A stretch of 63,107 nt of DNA, the filler included, from Octopus bimaculoides (taxonomy: Eukaryota): NCBI RefSeq assembly GCF_001194135.2. It is 4 parts of 3 records of this genome, joined end to end, with 100 filler letters (N's around TTAATTAATTAA, not from the genome) between each part and the next. Parts side by side here need not be neighbours in the genome. Positions count along the whole stretch, not along the records: positions 50,600 to 63,107 come from NC_068993.1; 3 more parts are not named here. The stretch is one strand, 5' to 3'. The first letter of the stretch is position 1. Every line of letters starts with the position of its first letter. Below the pieces are notes generated by a model, which had not been told where the DNA came from, did no database searches, and saw nothing but the letters and a program-made list of their open reading frames with translations. Both the position numbers and the translations under genes were made by a program. This document shows positions 58,216 to 63,107 of the stretch, one piece after another.

Positions 58216-59729
58216 CTGGATGGCTTTCTACTCTCTGTCGCAAAACAATCAAGTTCCATTATTCGGTATAGCTTTGATTGTGTGTCTAAAATCAATTTCT
58301 TTTTAAGCACCGAAGCCAAATCGAAAACTGGTTTTTGATAACCATGGATGTGTCTTCCTTATATCTCAATGTTGACCACGATGAAGGATAGAAGCATGCA
58401 TGAATGCCTTCGAAAAACAGTCAAACAAAAGTATCACATCTATTTTTTTCTGTAGACTGCTGGGGTTTGTGCTACAAAGTAATACAATGAAGTATGGACA
58501 AAAATTTTACCACTAGATGTGGGGTTGCACCATACGTACTCCCATGGCAGGTAATTTCGCTGTCTTCATGACGAAATTCGAGACACAGTTACTGAAAACA
58601 TTCAAATCCCTACTTGGTCATGAACAAATACTCTGGTTACGGTTCATTGATGACGTCTTTTTTTTTGTCTGGGAAGGATCACAGGATAGTTTGACTTCTT
58701 GCATTTCTGTGACTGTTATGCTAAAAACTATGGCTTTAAGTGCAACAGCGTTGAATTTTTGGACACAAAAGTTAAATTTTCTGGTGGCAGAATAGTGACA
58801 GAGTTATTTTGCAAGCCCACATCAACCCACATTTACCTCCACCGCCGCTCCGATCGTCCACATCATATAATTCGGTCAAATCCGAAATCTCGCTTTTTTG
58901 AGGATAAAACGGATTTGTACTGACATAGGGGATTACTGGAAACATGTAAATGCTTTTGTGCAGCATTATGTCAAACGTGGTTACAGTGAATCACGATTAA
59001 AGAAAATAGCAAATGACATAGCTAATATTAGCAAAAAAAGTCAAACTTCCACGCATAATCTTAGCAAACATAGTACAATACGTGACAGAATTCCTTTAGT
59101 GATTTACTGGCGCCGAAATTTCGCTAGCATTCCAAAAGTGTTACATGCAAGTTACCAGCATGTTCCGGAAAAATATCGTCATTTCAAATAAATATTTCCT
59201 CAGACGCCTATTGTAGCCTTTAGACGCGGACTAAAAATATAAGAGAACTATTACCCTCCACTTCTGAATCAAAGAAAACTAACATTGGAGTTCCTGCTCG
59301 CTGTACCTTGAAAAACAACTGCAAGAGAGTCAAGTGAATTCCATCAAGAATCATGTTATGATTTACACAGAAGGTGGGACGTGTAGAGAGATTCCCATTT
59401 GATGTACGCAGCAGAATGCGCGAAACACAACTTCATTTAAGTTGGCTGTACTACAGAACAATTAGATAAAAATTCAACGGGTACAGATATGATGTCAGAC
59501 ACAATAACAGTAGTTCGAAAGAATTTACCGAACATTTTGCATCAAACGGCTGCAATTTTGAAGAAGACTTGAGAGTGCATATTTTCAGGAAATATTCTGA
59601 ATCTACCACACTTTCAGTACTCAATATGCATGAGGAGAAATATGTTTGCGGGTTATTAACATCACGCCCTGGAGGAATGAATAAAATGACAAGAGAATTT
59701 CATCATGTTTACACAAAACTGTGTGCTTA
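58215..59729 (+). mobile_element. Penelope-like element (Neptune-like), decayed RT plus GIY-YIG
   Basis: IRYSFDCVSKI; LITMDVSSLYLNVDHDEG; TPMAGNFA; WLRFIDDVFFFVW; FLDTKV; CKPTSTHIYLH; RIKRIC; KRGYSE; RIPLVI; PIVAFRRG; Cys linker RCTLKNNC; LMYAAEC...VGCTTE; RPGGMNK. Confidence 0.9.
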
Positions 59730-60117
59730 AATATTCTTCTATATTTTTTTTTCCTTTTTTCTTCATTTTCTTTCCCCCTTTTTTTCTTCCTTTTTCTTTT
59801 CGTCACTGGTAAACTTGAAATTTGAAGACTGATGATGTCATTCTATCAACGTGGGGACGCTGGCTGCTGTCGTTCATATTTTGNNNNNNNNNNNNNNNNN
59901 NNNNNNNNNNNNNNNNNNNNNNNNNNNNNNNNNNNNNNNNNNNNNNNNNNNNNNNNNNNNNNNNNNNNNNNNNNNNNNNNNNNNNNNNNNNNNNNNNNNN
60001 NNNNNNNNNNNNNNNNNNNNNNNNNNNNNNNNNNNNNNNNNNNNNNNNNNNNNNNNNNNNNNNNNNNNNNNNNNNNNNNNNNNNNNNNNNNNNNNNNNNN
60101 NNNNNNNNNNNNNNNNN

Positions 60118-60176
<59 letters not shown>

Positions 60177-60212
60177 AAGAAGAAGAAGAAGAAGAAGAAG
60201 AAGAAGAAGAAG

Positions 60213-60260
<48 letters not shown>

Positions 60261-60270
60261 AATAATAATG
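60118..60270 (+). repeat. Compound (TAA)(GAA)(CAA)(TAA) microsatellite
   Basis: Directly visible; abuts the Tx1 3' end. Confidence 0.95.
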
Positions 60271-62700
60271 ATTTCATTTAATGGCCACTAAAGTCAACAT
60301 ATAGAGGACAATACAGTAGACGTGGACAGTGGGGGTTTTACACAAAATAACGAGTACACAATTAAAACGATAACAATAATATCAAACACGAATATAACAA
60401 TGAAAGTTCCCCACTAGGTGGGGGTAACCACCTGGAATTGGGTCAGGTACCCCACAATCCTGTACCACTCGCTGCTTCGAGGACACTCGGAAAGGGCACC
60501 ATACTCCCTCTCAAATTCACTAGCCTATAGGCGCATTACTAGAGTAGGTTCACTGACACGGGCCATTTTCGCTACATGCACCCACCTCTTAGCAAATGTA
60601 TTAGGAAGCAGCACTTGTCTCTCCACCTTCATCTTCCTTTCCAAGTGAAATTTGCAACGGTTGGTGAGGGATTGGTCGAATAGAAAAGTGTCTGTCTTCA
60701 GTCTTTTCAACATGATCCACCATACAACCTCTTTCGCTACTGCTATCAGACAGAGTAAAATTGCCTACCCTTCCTTACCAACGGAAGGTGACGGATCGAT
60801 ATTCACTATGGACTCGGCCGATAGCCGGATCCGTCCTGCACGTGATAACAGGTGTTCAACATAACTCTACAAGTCAGTAATGCATGGGTACTGGATGAGT
60901 GCGTGCAGGACGGTTTCATCACTCTGCGCATCTCAAGCAAGTCAGTCTGACAGCACTTCCGTGCCTGTAGAGTTTATCTCGAACTGGCAGTGCCCCCCGG
61001 TAGCACTACCGAGTGAGGGATTTCATCGTGCCCGGCTCGAAGGTTCTCCTGAGCAGACTGTCCAGTTCGAGCCCAGCGTCTCTCCGAGTGCGTCATCGTT
61101 ATTTCCCTCCACTAACCCTCTATAGAACTCAAGAGTGGATGATCCACTGATCGCATTGCCCGCCTGGTAAAGAGCAGTGAGTGCTTGGCAACATTCCGGA
61201 TGCCACTCACCCTGTCTCGGTCTCTTCTTGATCCAGGGCTACAGCTCAGTCAAGGAGACGAGCTGGGGAAAGACCCATTTGACAAACGGCAACCACACCT
61301 TTTAGACAGGATGTTCACCGTTTAGACAGAATATCTGGAGATGCTGCAACCTCAGCGCATGTCTACGTTTCATTAGTGACGGCATTCCCAACCCTCTGCG
61401 TAGAGGGTGTTGGCAGAAGATGGACCACCTCCTCAATGGAACGTGTCTTCTCCAAAAGAATTTGAAGAGGAGACGCTCCAACTTGGCGAGGGCGCAAAGC
61501 ACGACGGTCAGACGGTAGTAGATGACGGATGCGATGTACGCATTCACCTCCTCCATCCGACTCTTCAGTTACAGCTTCCTCACAGCCCATTTCTGAGTAA
61601 GACTGGCTACTCTGTTCGTCACCTCGTACCATTTCTTATCCATCTGGAGGTCCTGGTACCCTATCGAATGCTTACGATTGATCTAAATTGATCAGAGCCC
61701 AACCAAAGCTAGGTTTACACCCTACCCTTTCTACGATGTATCGCATGAGGTGGAGGTTATCTTGTATGGACCTAGTCGAGATTGCGCAGTTTTGTGTCTC
61801 CCCAACCAAATCCTCGAAGATAAGCGCCAACCTCTTCGCTAACACCTTTGCCAAAATCTTAAATCCTGTGTTGAGCAGAGTTATGGGCCTGAAGTGATCT
61901 AATGTGTCCCTGTTATTTTTTGTCTTTCCTTTTCAGCATCACTACGTCACGGCTCACAGAACAAGGAATACTCCCATTCTGCTGTCAATTGCAGTAGAGC
62001 GCTTCGAGGAGATCAGAGAAAAAGTCTGGCATTTTTACGTAAAGCTCATAGAGTAGACCATCTAAACAGGGTGACTTGCGCCTCGTGCAGCTGACAAGGG
62101 CAACCTGAATTTTGGCTGAAGTTCTCTGCCTCTCACAGTACTCAGGGTTGGCCATCGAGAGACGGGGCAAACCGTCGAGTTAGGGACTGAAGTCCGCCGC
62201 TGTCTCCGCCTCGCCACTCTTCCCGAAGAACCGAGCTGGTGAAAGGCCTTAAACATCGTTCTGGAATCGCTCGGCTCGTCTCCGTCAAAGACCGAATTAT
62301 AGTTTTGTTACCACTCTACTCCTTCACCACGCGGGCCTATCGAATAGCTTTGATCCCCTCGTTTCTCAGAGCACGGGCCTTAGTTCTGACAATGCAAACT
62401 TTATGTTTCGCATTGAAGAAATGGTCTGATGCCATTCTCGCTGCTAGCAGGTCGGTTTCAATTCCACTACAAATAGCCTCGTCTAGTTTAGCTACTAACT
62501 ATTCGCCCTTTCTATTTTTTTAACGCTACTTCTTTGTGAAATTCTTTCGATATTATTCTAATCTCTCTTTTGAGAACCGCCTACCACCTGTTGTTGACGC
62601 CCCCACCCAGTCAAATTTTGCCTAACTAAATTGTTGTCCCTGTAAATTAAATGAATAAATACTGCCCCTTACAAGGCAGAAATAGCCACCGAAAGCCTAT
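60270..62700 (-). mobile_element. Tx1/L1-clade LINE, decayed, with RT core deleted
   Basis: KLDEAICSG..VRTKARALRNEG; SPCLDGLLYELY; RPITLLNTGFKILAKVLAKRL; IQDNLHLMR; LDQS*AFDRV joined directly to DLQMDKKWYEV; KLERLLFKFFW; RRGLGMPSL; 3' UTR ending aatgaaatca. Confidence 0.85.
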
Positions 62701-62836
62701 CAACAGATTCTTAGTGTCCTTATTGTCAGTTTATAAGAAACATTAATCACATATATTTGTACAGAGAAGATAAAAAATACAATTTAAAGCATAACTGACA
62801 AAGTGTGTTCGAAAGAAGTCCTACGTATCCTGCAGC

Positions 62837-62910
<74 letters not shown>

Positions 62911-62915
<5 letters not shown>

Positions 62916-63107
62916 ACAAACAGTTCAAATCCAACCCCAAAAAATTCTACCAAGAACTGGGGAAAAATAAAATAGACATTACTGCAGCACCAACAGCAGA
63001 AGAACTAGAGAAATTCTGGAAACAAATATGGTCGGTGAAGCAACAACCCCAGAAAAGGACCATTAAAACAACGAACTTAGTACCTGAGCAACTCTGGGCC
63101 CCTATAA
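62911..63107 (+). mobile_element. Start of another 5'-truncated R4/Dong-like LINE, running off the window
   Basis: KQNKQFKSNPKKFYQELGKNKIDITAAPTAEELEKFWKQIW corresponds to the EPEAEETRQFWNSI region of the 22303 element; starts directly after (TAA)n. Confidence 0.75.

Overview
AT-rich, microsatellite-dense eukaryotic draft-assembly window with many N gaps and three artificial TTAATTAATTAA linkers. The SINE families and repeat landscape point to an octopus (coleoid cephalopod) genome; this is an inference. No intact protein-coding gene is evident, and most long ORFs in the track are microsatellite or N-run artefacts. The window is mostly decayed mobile DNA: three tRNA-derived SINE families (about 15 copies), several R4/Dong-clade LINEs stacked head-to-tail in (TAA)n arrays, a Tx1/L1-clade LINE, two Penelope-like elements (PLEs), RTE remnants, and mariner and probable piggyBac remnants. 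The best leads are: (1) a Ulp1/SENP-like cysteine-protease fragment joined in frame to a Penelope RT; (2) a 326-nt-period duplicated unit whose two copies each keep a hammerhead-ribozyme-like core with the same stem II geometry (possible decayed retrozyme or pLTR); (3) several strongly bounded minus-strand candidate exons, one starting with a recursive-splice-like CAG|GTATGT and one carrying a 13-bp hairpin, an octamer and an E-box; (4) repeated TAA-targeted retrotransposon stacking. All translations, alignments and foldings were done by eye; no database search was run.
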